This document shows, piece after piece, positions 63,584-64,000 of a stretch of DNA of 64,000 bases. Under the pieces are notes generated by a model. That model made no database searches, was not told the DNA's origin, and saw only the letters and a list, made by a program, of their open reading frames with translations. This DNA is from Octopus sinensis (Eukaryota), in the NCBI RefSeq assembly GCF_006345805.1, contig NC_043002.1:104222001-104286000 (forward strand), read 5' to 3'. Within the stretch, counting starts at the first letter, position 1. Every line of letters begins with the position of its first letter. Position numbers and translations under genes: made by a program.

Positions 63584-64000
63584 TTTTATATATATATTTG
63601 TATATTTCTCTCTCTCTCTCTTCTCTCTATATATATATATATATATATATTATCTATATATATATATATTATATTTGCATGTGTGGGTGTGTGTGAGTGT
63701 GTGCTGTACATACGTAGACGTATAAACACATATATGCATATACATACACACCCATAAGCATATACATATATGCATAAACATATATAAACATATACATACA
63801 TTCATACACATACATATACACATGCACACATGCACACATATATAAATATAAATGCATATATATATATACAGGAATATTTACGCATAAACATATGGAAAGT
63901 GAAGCTGAGAAGGGAACGGTAGTAATTTTAAAATGCCGTTGAGGAAACAGATGTCATAGGGCGGGGGAGGAAGAGGAGGTAAAGAGGAAGAAAGAGGAGA

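Overview
Very AT-rich, microsatellite-saturated animal DNA with no recognisable host protein-coding exon, so most likely intergenic or deep intronic. The SINE families and the (TA)n/(CA)n/(AAT)n density resemble octopus (coleoid cephalopod) genomes; this is an inference from recall, not a database hit. Almost every ORF in the track is microsatellite noise or a retroelement fragment. The supportable content is a layered transposon landscape. (i) Two clusters (0.9-6.3 kb on +, 16.3-19.8 kb on -) of R4/Dong-like non-LTR retrotransposon fragments (RT, CCHC knuckle, PD-(D/E)xK endonuclease) sit in or beside (AAT)n tracts, together with a ~550-bp non-coding element using the same target. (ii) Several SINE families are present; one shows a GGT insertion preference and nests into itself. 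(iii) There are five non-autonomous Helitrons, hAT and mariner MITEs and fossils, RTE and CR1 fragments, a probable solo LTR and a Penelope-like GIY-YIG fragment. The most notable signal is a set of type I hammerhead-ribozyme motifs. One has an intact core (8828-8888). A sequence-divergent relative with covarying stems sits at the apex of a ~390-bp foldback element (49430-49823). A G3-C8 core-swap variant lies inside an unrelated palindrome (63418-63583). Minimal, probably dimer-type motifs occur in repeats ending in (TA)n. All folds were read by eye and none has been tested.
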